A DNA stretch of 64,000 nucleotides, taken from assembly GCA_965240325.2 (NCBI GenBank), contig OZ251223.1, positions 4,340,001-4,404,000 of the forward strand, given 5' to 3'. The notes under the pieces were generated by a model. It did no database searches. It was not told the origin of the DNA and worked only from the letters and a program-made list of their open reading frames with translations. The stretch comes from Rebecca billardiae RCC1528 (Eukaryota; Protista; Haptophyta). The position numbers and the translations under genes are program-made. This document shows, in pieces, positions 50,361 through 62,463 of this stretch (within the stretch, counting starts at the first letter, position 1; every line of letters begins with the position of its first letter).

Positions 50361-51186
50361 TGCCTGCGCTGCCCAACCGGGCGCGTCTGGCGCGCCACTC
50401 ATTCTATGCGATGATTTTAAAAACGACACAGGTAGGACGACGCGGGTCTCCTGATTCGGACGACGCGGGTTTGATTCGCGCCGCGGCGCCGCAAAGGGCG
50501 CACGAGGACAGCTCGGCTCGCTGGCGCAGCGCCGCACGGAGGCGCGCGCGCGCAGCTCGCGAGTGCGCGCGCGCGCGTTCTCGCGCGTTCGTCGCGCGAG
50601 AAGAAGTCTTCGCGTTCGCGGCGCCTTCGTGCGACCAGAAGCCGACGTGGCCTACGTCGTGCGCTCTTGCCGTGCGTGCCCGGGTGTGCCCGGCAAGCGT
50701 TGCGTGCGCGCCGTGCGCTCGCCGCGCTGGTGCACTCCTTGGAGAGCGCGCGGTTGGCGGGTCGCGCGAGCAGGGTGCCGTGCGTAGCGCTGCGAACGAC
50801 TGGAGCTACCGCGGTCCGCACCCCTGCACGTCAATGAAAGCGCCAAGGTGGCTGAGCGAGCGCTGGCCCTCGCACGCGGTGGCGATGCGGATGGTTCTTC
50901 TGGGCACCCTCGCCGCGTTTTGAATGCCGAGATTCAAATCTCTAACGTAACAAAAGCGACCGTGCCCCCACCCTCATCCACGCTTTCCTTGGTAGGCTTC
51001 CGCTTACGTTTTCATATTCACCGGACAAATAGCAGAGATCCGCGCCTAACGTTAGCGCGGACTTGAATGCCGTGTTGCCCCCACACCCTATTCGTCGGCG
51101 GCAGTGCCCGCGATCGTCGACACGAAGTCGGCGTAGTTGATGGTGCCAGAGCACTAGCCCGTGCGCACCGCCGCGATCGGATTGCT

Positions 51187-51189
<3 letters not shown>

Positions 51190-51278
<89 letters not shown>
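51190..51278. repeat. (GA)n microsatellite
   Basis: Pure GA run. Confidence 0.98.
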
Positions 51279-51280
<2 letters not shown>

Positions 51281-51497
51281 CAGACGAGAAATATTATTCG
51301 TAATGAATTTGCTGCTGCGGCATCTCGCCTGAGCTCAGTGAGCTGTAGTGTCTGCTGTGTGTATCGTGTCTCTTCAGACTCCTGACGATCGACGAATACG
51401 ATGACCTCGTCGTGCGCGCGAATGTGCAACTGTATGACAGCTTGATTTACTACTGCATATATATATGCAACTGCAAGCTCCACGCAGCCGCGCCGAG

Positions 51498-52829
51498 TCA
51501 CTGAGGCTGCGCGCGCGACTGGCCGCACGCGTCGCACCGGCCGCTGGGCGCGTCGTTGAGCAGGGTGCAGCGCGCGCACGCCCATGATGGCGCGGGTGGC
51601 GGCGCCGTGCCGCCGCCGCCGCCGCCGCCGTCGACCAGCTCGACCTCCGCGCCCTCGTCCGCGTCCTGCGGCGGCATCTCGGCTGCGCCGTGCTTGTCCG
51701 GCATGCACACAGGGCCGCACACCGGACAGCCCACCGCCTGCCACGCGCCCTTGCCGCGCGCCGCCCACACCAGGTCGAGCGTCGGCGGCGGCGGCGGCGG
51801 GTGCGCGGCCGAGGGCTGCGAGGCGTGCGCCGCAACGGTCAGGTCGATCACGGCGGCCGCGCCCGGCGGGGGCGGGGCGCCGCGCACGCGCTTGCGCGCG
51901 GGCACGGGCGCAGGCTCGTCGCGCGCGCCGCACGCGCCGCCGCCCGCGCGGCCCGCGGCACGCGTCGCGCCGCCGTTCCGCTCGGCGCACACCGCGCGCG
52001 CCGCGCCCGCGCCCGCGCCGCGCGCCCCGCCGCCTCCGAGGCCGGGGGCGCGCGGCGGCGTGTCGCTCAGGTCGACGACCACGTCGCCGTCGTCGTCGAG
52101 CTCGATGGGCTCGTTCGCCGCTTCGAGCTCCGCGTCGCCCAGCCCGCGCCGCGCGTCCTCCGCACGGCGCACCGCCGCCAGCGCCGCCGCCTCGCGCGGC
52201 GGCAGCGCGCGCCACGCGTCGGGCCGGCCGCCGCCGCCGCCCTCGCCGCCCAGCACAGCGCCGCCGCCGCCGCCGCCGCGCGCACGCTCGGCGCGCGCGC
52301 GCGCCTCGGCCGCCTCGCGCGCCTTGCTCCTGCCCTCGGCGAGCGAGCCGGGCGTTCGCCTCGCGCCATCGAGCACGCGGCCGGCCGCGCCGAGCGGGAA
52401 TCCCGCCGCGTCGAGCACGACGCCCCTCGCCTGCAGCGTGCCGTACTGCGCGCGCAGCTCGTCCATCAGCTGGTAGAAGGGGGCGGAGTGGTTGGGGTGC
52501 ACGATGTGCGAGAGCTCGTGGATCAGCACCTTCATGCACGGCTCGAACGCCATCAGCGCGTGCGAGCCCGGCCGGCGCAGCCGCACCGCGATGCGGTGCG
52601 AGGTGGCGCCGTCGCCCGCCGGGCAGCAGAAGCCGCAGATCGCCGTGTTGCGCCCGCCCGAGGTGCAGCAGCAGATCTCGTACAGCAGCTTCACGCGGAA
52701 GCGGCGCGCGCTGAGGAGGGGGTCGATGCGCCGCTTCAGCTCGCGCAGCAGCTCGAGCGCGCGCTCCGCGTCGGGCAGCTTGCGCACGTGCTTCACCTCC
52801 CACACGGCGTGCGCCTCCGCCGCCGCCAT
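51498..52829 (-). CDS. WSS1: WLM-domain metalloprotease (Wss1-like) with C-terminal RanBP2-type zinc finger
   Basis: IAVRLR...LIHELSHIVHPNHSAPFY (HExxH); SIM-like VVVDL and VIDLT; WACARCTLLN...RCDAC. Confidence 0.9.
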   Translation of the reverse strand: MAAAEAHAVWEVKHVRKLPDAERALELLRELKRRIDPLLSARRFRVKLLYEICCCTSGGRNTAICGFCCPAGDGATSHRIAVRLRRPGSHALMAFEPCMKVLIHELSHIVHPNHSAPFYQLMDELRAQYGTLQARGVVLDAAGFPLGAAGRVLDGARRTPGSLAEGRSKAREAAEARARAERARGGGGGGAVLGGEGGGGGRPDAWRALPPREAAALAAVRRAEDARRGLGDAELEAANEPIELDDDGDVVVDLSDTPPRAPGLGGGGARGAGAGAARAVCAERNGGATRAAGRAGGGACGARDEPAPVPARKRVRGAPPPPGAAAVIDLTVAAHASQPSAAHPPPPPPTLDLVWAARGKGAWQAVGCPVCGPVCMPDKHGAAEMPPQDADEGAEVELVDGGGGGGGTAPPPAPSWACARCTLLNDAPSGRCDACGQSRAQPQ

Positions 52830-52974
52830 GACCAACGCCAACCCTTTAACCTTTTCAATACACAACCGTCACCAGCCGCCATCGTGAACCCCCTCGATCG
52901 AGAGCGAGCGCTCGCGTGGACAGTGTCGTCGATCGACAAGGCCAGCGCGGCTGTGCGACGCCGCCGCGGCGACC

Positions 52975-53398
52975 ATGATCATCCCGGTCCGCTGCTTCAC
53001 CTGCGGCAAGGTGCGTGCCCGTGTCGCGACTCGCGCTGCCCGCACACGCGCCCCGCGCCGCACCCACGCTCGTCACGTCATCCATCACCGGCTTGCGCCG
53101 CGGTGCGCGCGATGCCTCCAGGTGGTGGGCAACAAGTACGATGCGTACTTGAACCTGCTGCAAGCCGACTACACGGAAGGGTGCGCGCGGAGCGACGCGC
53201 TGCGTCATCGGCGGCATCGCCCGCACGCTGATCGCGCGCGCTGTGCCCCGCGACCGCGCCCTGCCCCGCAGGGACGCGCTCGACTCGCTCGGCCTCAAGC
53301 GCTACTGCTGCCGCCGGATGCTGCTCACACACGTCGACTTGATCGAGAAGCTGCTCAACTACAACGTGCACGACAAGCAGAGCGCCGACGGTGCATAG
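52975..53398 (+). CDS. RPB10: RNA polymerases I/II/III subunit RPABC5; exons 52975-53010, 53122-53180, 53272-53398
   Basis: [12 protein letters not shown]|[20 protein letters not shown]|[31 protein letters not shown]. Confidence 0.98.
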
Positions 53399-53932
53399 CG
53401 GCCGTTGTGCTGGCCTGCCACAGCTACTCGTCGACGTGGCTGTCAGGCGTCACTCGTCAGCCCGTGACTGACGAGTGACGGCTGACGCCCACCGCCGGCG
53501 CCGCGCGCCGCGGCACAACGACAACGTCAACTTGCCGCGTGAAATGCTCAGGCGGATGATAATGGACAAATCGGACGGCGGGACGGATGACGACCCTATA
53601 CTCGCGTCACAGTCAGCAATATTGATTGATGATATCGCCGCGTTGTTGACGCGATGGTGTCGGCCATCACCGCGCACGCGTCGCCACGGTCACAGCCTTG
53701 ACACAGTCGCCATCACAACCACCTGTCTGTCCTGTGTCCATTGCACACTGCTGCTGTCCGTCTGCTGCCGCCGGCGCTGCTGTACAGACAGACAGGATAT
53801 CGGCGCCCCGCTGCCCGCCCAGAGGCTGCGGCGGCTGCGGCGGCATGCTCGGCTGGGCGACCGGCGCGCCGTTGGCCCCTTTCTAGGCCGCGCTGCGGGC
53901 GCACCGCCATTCCTGTGACAGCGCGCGGCAGC

Positions 53933-54289
53933 TCACCACTTGCGGAAGACGCCACTGAACGCCATCTTGGGATCCGTCGGCCCGGGAAGGGCGTCGAGCA
54001 GGTTGGCGTGCGACAGTGCGGCCTCGATCTCGGGGTGCCCGCACTGCTGGAAGACGCGGGCCAACCTGAAGTCGAGCCGCCCCGCCGAGATGATCCTGTG
54101 CAGCAGCGCGAGCGTGAGCCGCTCCTCGCGGATGGGCGACACGTCGTGCAGGCTGTCGAGCGAGCACGCCAGCCGGTCGAGGCAGAGCTCGACGAGGGGC
54201 GGGACGGCCGAGTCATTGGCACGCGTAACGACTGGCTGCGTGCGCCCCCATGGGAGCGCATGCGCCCCCTCCGAGTCGCGGGCGCTCAT
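53933..54289 (-). CDS. Small hypothetical protein with BC-box/Elongin-A-like motif
   Basis: VPPLVELCLDRLA...LHDV followed by amphipathic helices; GC3-biased. Confidence 0.65.
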   Translation of the reverse strand: MSARDSEGAHALPWGRTQPVVTRANDSAVPPLVELCLDRLACSLDSLHDVSPIREERLTLALLHRIISAGRLDFRLARVFQQCGHPEIEAALSHANLLDALPGPTDPKMAFSGVFRKW

Positions 54290-54480
54290 GCCGCAACAGC
54301 GGCGGGCGGGAGAGGCCTTCCGCCCAGCCCCCTTGCCACCGCTTCGGTCCTCTCACTCCTCGTTGATCGACCTCGATGAGTCGATGGAGGTCATCGGGTT
54401 GTTGATCCAACTTCCAAACTTCATCCGGTCATCCCGCCCGGAATCACGACGGAAGCAGTGACCGGACTCACGTCCACACG

Positions 54481-55822
54481 ATGGTGCTCAAGTTGTTGCG
54501 ACGCACGATGTCGACGCGGCGGCATCGCGCGGGCTACCACGACGTGGACGCGGACGCGCGCACGCCGCAGGGCAGCGCGCTCGAGTGGTCAGCGGAGGAC
54601 AAGCTCGCCCTTCAGCGATGCCTCGACGAGCTGGCCAACCCGGCGGTCCGTTGGCCGCGGCACTCGCCTGAGCTCGTCCACTTGCTCGCCGTGCCGCCGG
54701 AGGAAGCGCACGAGCGCTTCTTCAACTCGATGAGCATGGTGAGCTTGATCGGGATCCTCGTCTTCTCCGCATTCCTCCCCATCGCGCTCGAGCCGCTGGA
54801 CGCCTCCGCCGCGGAGGACGCCGTCGAGCGCGTGCTGAGCAACGTGTTCAACGTGCTGGCCGCGACGCTCGCGGTGCTCTCGGCGTGGACGTCGGTGTTC
54901 ACGACGTACTACGCGCTGATCATCGCGTCGTCAGTGACGCCGCGTAACATCTACCGCGCGATCTCGCAGGCCGCGCGTTACTTTGTCTTCTGGCAGATCG
55001 CCACGTGGTGTGGCCGCCCAGCGCTGGGCGGCTGCGGCCGTCGTCCTCGCGCGCGCGCGCATGCGGTGCACGCCACGGCTGACGAGGCACGGCGCGCGGC
55101 GTGCGGCGCGCGGCGCGTGCAGGTACACCGCGATCGGCATGTCGTGCGTGCTCGTCTGCATCGGCGCGTGGATCCGGTGCGACCGCTGGGCGGCCGCCCT
55201 CACCCTCGCCCTGTCCGTGTGCACCTCGCTCTGCTGCTTCCGACTGGGCGGCGCGATGCTCGGCAGCGCGTGGCCGACCAACGGCGTGCAGTGGCTCACC
55301 TACGCCGAGCCGAGCGCGGCGCACCGGTTTGAGGCGCCCGCGCGGCGCTCGTGCGCCGTGCTGCACGCCGACGCGCTGCACAACATCCGCCAGCACGCGC
55401 CAGAGGCCGCGAGCGCCGCCACTGACGGCGGGCGCCACCCTTGGGCGGCCACCGCGGCCGCAGCCGACACCGATGCCACGGGCCTCGAGCCAAAAGAGGC
55501 CCCGCCGCCTGCGAGGGCTGCGGCGCGCGCCGACGCGCAGCAGCCGGAGCGAGACGAGCTCGAGCGCTTCATCGCGGCGGCGCTCCAGGCCCTCCCCGCC
55601 GCGCGCACGTCGCGCCTCGCCGCCGCGCTCACGGCGAGCGCGCTCGAGCTGAGCACGCTGCGCGCGGTGGCGGGCGCCGAGCACGGAGGGCTGGCACTCG
55701 CGCACCGCGCCATCGAGCGGTGCGTGGGCGCCGAGCTGCTCCCTGGGCAGACGCTGGCGCTCGCAGCTGCGCTCGCGCGGCCGCGGCCGCGCTCCTCAAA
55801 GCTCGTCATCAGCGGCGGCTGA
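54481..55822 (+). CDS. Uncharacterised multi-pass membrane protein; intron 55008-55122
   Basis: About four TM segments; splice TG|G joins ...QIATW to YTAIGMSCV...; helical C-terminal domain. Confidence 0.75.
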
Positions 55823-55957
55823 GCGCACTATCATATCGATCACGATCCCAGGCGGTCAGGGACTCAGGGACTCAGGCGCGCCGGCACACAGATACTGGCG
55901 GCACTTTACTGGCTCGCTCGCTCGCTGGTGCCATGCAGCGCGCATCGTCAGCATCAT

Positions 55958-56036
<79 letters not shown>
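55958..56036. repeat. (TA)n microsatellite, left flank of the DIRS-like element
   Basis: TA run. Confidence 0.97.
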
Positions 56037-56041
<5 letters not shown>

Positions 56042-56046
56042 GCGTT

Positions 56047-57978
56047 TACCAGGTCGTTCCCCCTGCACTGGGAATCCGCGGTTTCGCACTATTCAGAGCA
56101 CGAGGCCGCGGCATAGCAACGCAGATTTATTCTTCCGCTTGCTCTATCAGACCACTTGAACGATCTAATCGAGGTTTCCAATTGAAAATGACGAAAGTAC
56201 ATCCATCCATTAGAGAACCCAAATCCCGAGCGCGGCAAAGCCGTGGAACGCAGTAATCAGCCTCGTCAGCGATAGTCCGCTCACGAAATCGAGGCGCTGG
56301 AAATGAGTTCTTCGCGTGCAACCGCGGAGGCGGGAGCCCTCCCGCGGGTGCGGAGCACCGATTCTGACCCGCCCCCTGCGCCTGCGGCCGGGCGGCGAGT
56401 GCGATGCAGCTGGCCCGGCGCTGGGGGGCGCGGATGTGCTTGCGGAGCCGGCGTGCGTGGACGGGCTGTTGCGGGAGAGTATCTGCCGCCCTCCTGCGCC
56501 GCGCGACTTGCGCCACGCCTCTTTCGCCTCGGCTCAGGGCAGCGCGCACGCGCGCGCCGCCTCCGGGGCCAGCCTTCGGCCTGCGCCGCAGCCGACCGCG
56601 CGCGCGCCGTGCGCGGCGTGGTCGGGAAGGAACGGGCGCGGCTGCCGGGCGAGATGGCGATATCATGTGCGCACGCCATGCCGCCCCGCCACGCCTTGCC
56701 GAGCGTGTCGCTGGTCCATTTGCACGCCTCTTCGAGTTGTCACAAATGGTGTGCACGCGGCCTCGCGGTCGGTGACCGCTGGGGGCCGCGCCCGGGCCAG
56801 GGCGCTGCGGGCGCGGATGTGCTTGCGGAGCCGGCGTGCGTGGACGGGCTGTTGTGGGAGAGTATCTGCCGCCCTCCTGCACCGCGCGACTTGCGCCACG
56901 CCTCTTTCGCCTCGGCTCAGGGCAGCGCGCACGCGGCGCGTCGCCTCAAGGCCAGCCTTGCCTGCGCCGCAGCCGACCGCGTGCGCGCCGTGCGCGGCGT
57001 GGTCGGGAAGGAACGGGCACGGCTGCCGGGCGAGATGGCGATATCATGTGCGCACGCCATGCCGCCCCGCCACGCCTTGCCGAGCGTGTCGCTGGTCCGT
57101 TTGCACGCCTCTTCGAGTTGTCACACTATGAATGGTGTGCCACGGCCTCGCGGTCGTGACCCTTGCCGGGACGATCATTGAGACACAGAACAGTGCCAAG
57201 CGGGCACGCGGGATACTCTTACATGAATGTTCATCACCACGTGGTCGTGTAGAAGTGCTGGGTGCGACGCTTTCCTCGCGCGGATGCACTTTCATCATCT
57301 TCTTCGAGCTCCGAGGTCTGGCTTCAGGCACGACAAGAAATCAGCACTCGTCAACAGCTGTGCGGATCCGTTATCGTGCCCTTTCGCGGCGCCGCGGGGC
57401 GGCATGGCGTGCGCACATGATGTCGTCATCTCGCCCGGCAGCACCCCCCGTTCCTTCCCGACCACGCCGCGCACGGCGCGCGCGCGGTTGCGGCTGCGGC
57501 GCGGGCACGGTGCGGCCCTGGCCTCCGAGGCGGCGCGCGCGTGCGCGCTGCCCTGAGCCGCGGCGAAAAGAGGCGTGGCGCGAGACGCGCGGCGCAGGAG
57601 GGCGCCATATACTCTCCCGCAACAGCCTGTCCACGCAAGCCGGCTCCGCGAGCACATCCGCGCCCGCAGCGCCGTGCCCCGGGCGCGCCGGCCGCCAACG
57701 GCGCTCGGCCGCCTTCGCCTGCCCGCCCTGCCGCCGAGGGCAAAGGTCAAGATTTGGTCGGCCCTCGCCTGCCGAGCCGCCACCGGCCGGGGGCTCCCTG
57801 CACCATCTATCTCATTGCGGCTCAATTTTGGGATTGCGAGACCAGCTCATCGATTGACGCACATCCGCACCCGCGAGACCTGAAAATCTTATTCGCGGGT
57901 AGCGACGGGTGCGTCCTGCGGCTGTTTTTCTCGTATGTCCAAACCGCGGATTCCCAGTGCAGGGGGAACGACCTGGTA
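56047..57978. mobile_element. Nested 1.93-kb TIR element with internal tandem and inverted repeats
   Basis: 38-bp perfect TIR (56047-56084 and 57941-57978); splits gtggcgtt|atagggaacc; ~360-bp unit at ~56418-56777 and ~56800-57160, inverted at ~57395-57672. Confidence 0.92.
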
Positions 57979-59476
57979 ATAGGGAACCTATAACTGAGTG
58001 TCTATGAGCGACGCCAAGAATCCGGCTCGCACGGCATTCCTGCGTTGTCCTGTGCGCACCGCCGCGCGCAGGAGTCCTGGTGCGCTGCCAATCTGGCCCA
58101 CAGCGGCGCACCTGCAGGACTCGGTTGGTTACCGCTCACATCGGATCGATCAGGCTTCACTCTCGGGGGCGCCATGGGGCTGCTCACGACAAAGGCGCCG
58201 AGCTGGGCAAGGGAATCGCCTGCATCGGGCACTGCCGGGTGCACGCTCCGCTGCAGGAGGTGCACCGCAGTCGCCGCAGCCCCTCTGCTCGGTAAGGTCG
58301 CTGGCTGTCTGTGTAGTGTGTGGCCCGGCTCCCCGCCTGATCGTTCGGCGGCGCGACGTCATCATCTGTCTTCGCCGCGTCGCCCCTCATGCAATGGTCT
58401 CTTGCTCTCGCCGCTGTCGCGTCAACCCGCACGCTTCATCGTCAGTCACTGAGCAAGGTCGATTAAGGCTGATGGCTCGCTGACACTGCAGTGCTTCCAT
58501 ATCCGCCAGAGGCCGAGGGTGGGCGGGCGGGCAAACGATGAAGCGTGCGGGTTGACGCGACAGCGGCGAGAGCAAGAGACCATTGCATGAGGGGCGACGC
58601 GGCGAAGACAGATGATGACGTCGCGCCGCCGAACGATCAGGCGGGGAGCCGGGCCACACAGACAGCCAGCGACCTTACCGAGCAGAGGGGCTGCGGCGAC
58701 TGCGGTGCACCTCCTGCAGCGGAGCGTGCACCCGGCAGTGCCCGATGCAGGCGATTCCCTTGCCCAGCTCGGCGCCTTTGTCGTGAGCAGCCCCATGGCG
58801 CCCCCGAGAGTGAAGCCTGATCGATCCGATGTGAGCGGTAACCAACCGAGTCCTGCAGGTGCGCCGCTGTGGGCCAGATTGGCAGCGCACCAGGACTCCT
58901 GCGCGCGGCGGTGCGCACAGGACAACGCAGGAATGCCGTGCGAGCCGGATTCTTGGCGTCGCTCATAGACACTCAGTTATAGGTTCCCTATAACGCCACG
59001 TCTAGCCACTCCGCCATGCCCGGCTCGTACAAGGCGTCGGGTACGAATGGACTCTGGAGCTGGATGGTCGCGGCGCGCGGCGTCGTGGAGTAGACAGACC
59101 ACAATGATCAATCATGGAACGATCAGGTTAGCTATGTTGGGATTTGAGCAACGAACGACAGCGGGCGCTGGCAGCGGCGTGGCGGTTGAGCTGCTGCCCG
59201 AGGTCGAGAGGGCGCCCGCGAGTCCCGTTTATAAGTTGGAGTGGGCGTCCAAGTAGTCGTTGATGAATCCCGTTTAGAAATAGATGACCGCGTTCCGCGG
59301 TCTTTTTCCGTAGAACGAACGTAGTTCGGGGCCCGCGGCGCACCCTCCGTCGGCTGCTGTCTCAGTCTGACATGTGTAACAGTTCGCCTGAGCTGCCACC
59401 GCCAACTCAGTCACTGCCGCCCACCGGGCCGGCGGGCCGAGGACTGTCGCCGCGGGTCCGCGGGCCGCCGCGGGGA

Positions 59477-60945
59477 CTAGCGGCCGGCGCGCGCGCGCAG
59501 GCAGGGCGAGAGGCGCTGGCGCGGCGCGAGCCGGCGCGTGCGCGCGAGCGGGCGCACCTGCTTGAGGTACTCGCCCTGCGCCATGCGCTCGACGACGGGC
59601 CGCTGGTCGCTCGTGCCGGCAGAGCGAGAGCGCGCGCCACTGCTGGCCCCGGCCTGCCGGCTGCGCAGCCTCGCACCGAGACCGACCGAGCGGAGCTCGG
59701 GGCGGTGGAACGAGGCGAGCGGCGCGTCGCGCCTGCCGCCGCGCGTGCGCGCCTGCTCCACCGCGCCGCCGTGCTCGCCCGCCGCCTCCTCCGCCGCGTC
59801 GGCCTCGAAGACGGCGGCTGCCAGCGGCAGGCTGAGCCGCGCGCCGGCTCACTCACACTGTGAGTCACACCCGCGGTCGCCTCGACAGCCAACTATCCAC
59901 AGCTGCTCGAGCTGCTGGAGGGCGCCGCGACGATGGCGGCGCGGGCGCCCAGCGCGTCCGTTGCCGCGTCGCTCAGCTCGTCGAGCTCGGCGCCGCACTT
60001 CGCCAGCTTGGCGCCTAGCGCCTCCGCGTGTCACGTGCTCGTGCACGTCAGCCTGCTGATACGCCGCCGCCCATCGGCACTTCTGGCATCTGCGCGCGCA
60101 GCTGCTGCAGCTCGACGGCGGAGTCGTCGCGGCTGGCGGCGAGGGTGCGCACCGCGTCGATTGCCGAGGCCTGCAGCCCGGTGATCGCCGCGTCGACGCG
60201 CGCGGCGATTTCCCCACGCAGCCTCCTCGCGCCACGTGGCCGCCGCTCGCGTGGCAGGCAGCTGGGCGCCGCTGCGCGACCCGGAACCGGCGCGCGTTTC
60301 ACTGATGCTCCTGCTCGTCCTCACGCTGCTGCACCTCCGCGCCGCCGTCGACCGAGTTGAGGAGGAGCTCGCGCTCGGCGTCGAGGCGCGAGCTCGCGTG
60401 CTCGAGCTCGCCCTTCAGCCGCGCGAGCTCCGGGCGCATTCGGCTCATCAGCTCTGCCGCGCTGCCCGCTCGCTCGCAGCGGCGCGCTCTGCTCCGGGCC
60501 GCCGTCGACTGAGTTGAGGAGGAGCTCGGGCTCGGCGTCGAGGCGCGAGCTCGCGTGCTCGAGCTCGCCCTTCAGCCGCGCGAGCTCCGGGCGCATCCGG
60601 CTCATCAGCTCTGCCGCGCCGCTCGCTCGGCGGCGGCGGGCGGCGCGCTCTGCTCCGGTCGGCGAGCGACGAGCTCGCGTGCTCCGGACTCGGCTCGCCC
60701 TTGCGCGCTGCTCCTCGAGTGACGAACGCGCCCGCGGGCAGGTTGTTGCCCGTCGCCCCCGCCGCGATCTCGCCGCCCCCGCCGCGATCTCGTCGCGCAT
60801 GTGTCCGTGGCGCGCGCCTGCGAGGTGACACTACTGACAGGCGGGCCGCGAGCTGGCAGCCTCGGGGAGAGCGGAGCGAGGAGAGGGCGAGACGCGCGGC
60901 CTGCGAGGCGACAGGCGCGCTCGGGGAGAGCATTTTACCATTCAC
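59477..60945 (-). pseudogene. Decayed coiled-coil ORF inside the DIRS-like element (possible gag/ORF1 relic or captured gene)
   Basis: LMSRMRPELARLKGELEHASSRLDAE (tandemly duplicated) and EIAARVDAAITGLQASAIDAVRTL; several stops and frameshifts. Confidence 0.45.
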
Positions 60946-61988
60946 ATTTACAAGTGATCAAGTTTCCCGTGCGCCTGCGAGGCGACAGGCGCGCTCGGGG
61001 AGAGCATTTTACCATTCACATTTACAAGTGATCAAGTTTCCCGAGCCCTTGCCTTGCCGTTTTTATCGGTTGGCGGTTGGTGGCAATCTCATACTTAAAA
61101 TCGCGCTCGTAACGAACCGTTACGTTAATGTCACGTCCAGCTGACGTCCAGATCGCACTTTACTTAAGGGAATGAGCTGGACGCGCTTATTTTCGGCCTA
61201 ATAGACCTCTCTATGCGATCTCAAAAACTCGAAACTCGGTCTCCGCCAGCCCTAAAAATCGCCCCCCGTCCCTTTTTTCTTGATCAAAGATCTTTTTGAA
61301 ACGTGGTTCGGGCCCGCTGGTGCGGGCTCCACGCTGCGCGCTCCGCCCTGCACCGCGGGCCAAGAGACGAGGACTGCGCGGCCGCGCGCGCACGATCGAT
61401 CGCGACGCGCGGCGAGCAGACACGCGTCAGAGTGCGCCGCACCCGCGCGACGCACGGGCGCGAGGCGAGCGCGTATCTCAAACGATGAAGCGTGCGGGTT
61501 GACGCGACAGCGGCGAGAGCAAGAGACCATTGCATGAGGGGCGACGCGGCGAAGACAGATGATGACGTCGCGCCGCCGAACGATCAGGCGGGGAGCCGGG
61601 CCACACAGACAGCCAGCGACCTTACCGAGCAGAGGGGCTGCGGCGACTGCGGTGCACCTCCTGCAGCGGAGCGTGCACCCGGCAGTGCCCGACGCAGGCG
61701 ATTCCCTTGCCCAGCTCGGCGCCTTTGTCGTGAGCAGCCCCATGGCGCCCCCGAGAGTGAAGCCTGACTCGCGGGCGCCCTCTCGACCTCGGGCAGCAGC
61801 TCAACCGCCACGCCGCTGCCAGCGCCCGCTGTCGTTCGTTGCTCAAATCCCAACATAGCTAACCTGATCGTTCCATGATTGATCATTGTGGTCTGTCTAC
61901 TCCACGACGCCGCGCGCCGCGACCATCCAGCTCCAGAGTCCATTCGTACCCGACGCCTTGTACGAGCCGGGCATGGCGGAGTGGCTAG

Positions 61989-62463
<475 letters not shown>

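Noticed and set aside
57979-58999. Large inverted repeat as a miRNA hairpin or assembly artefact
   Set aside because: Explained as right ITR versus ICR of the DIRS-like element; the arms differ by a small indel.
60899-61042. ~74-bp tandem duplication
   Set aside because: Internal to the decayed element; no independent significance seen.
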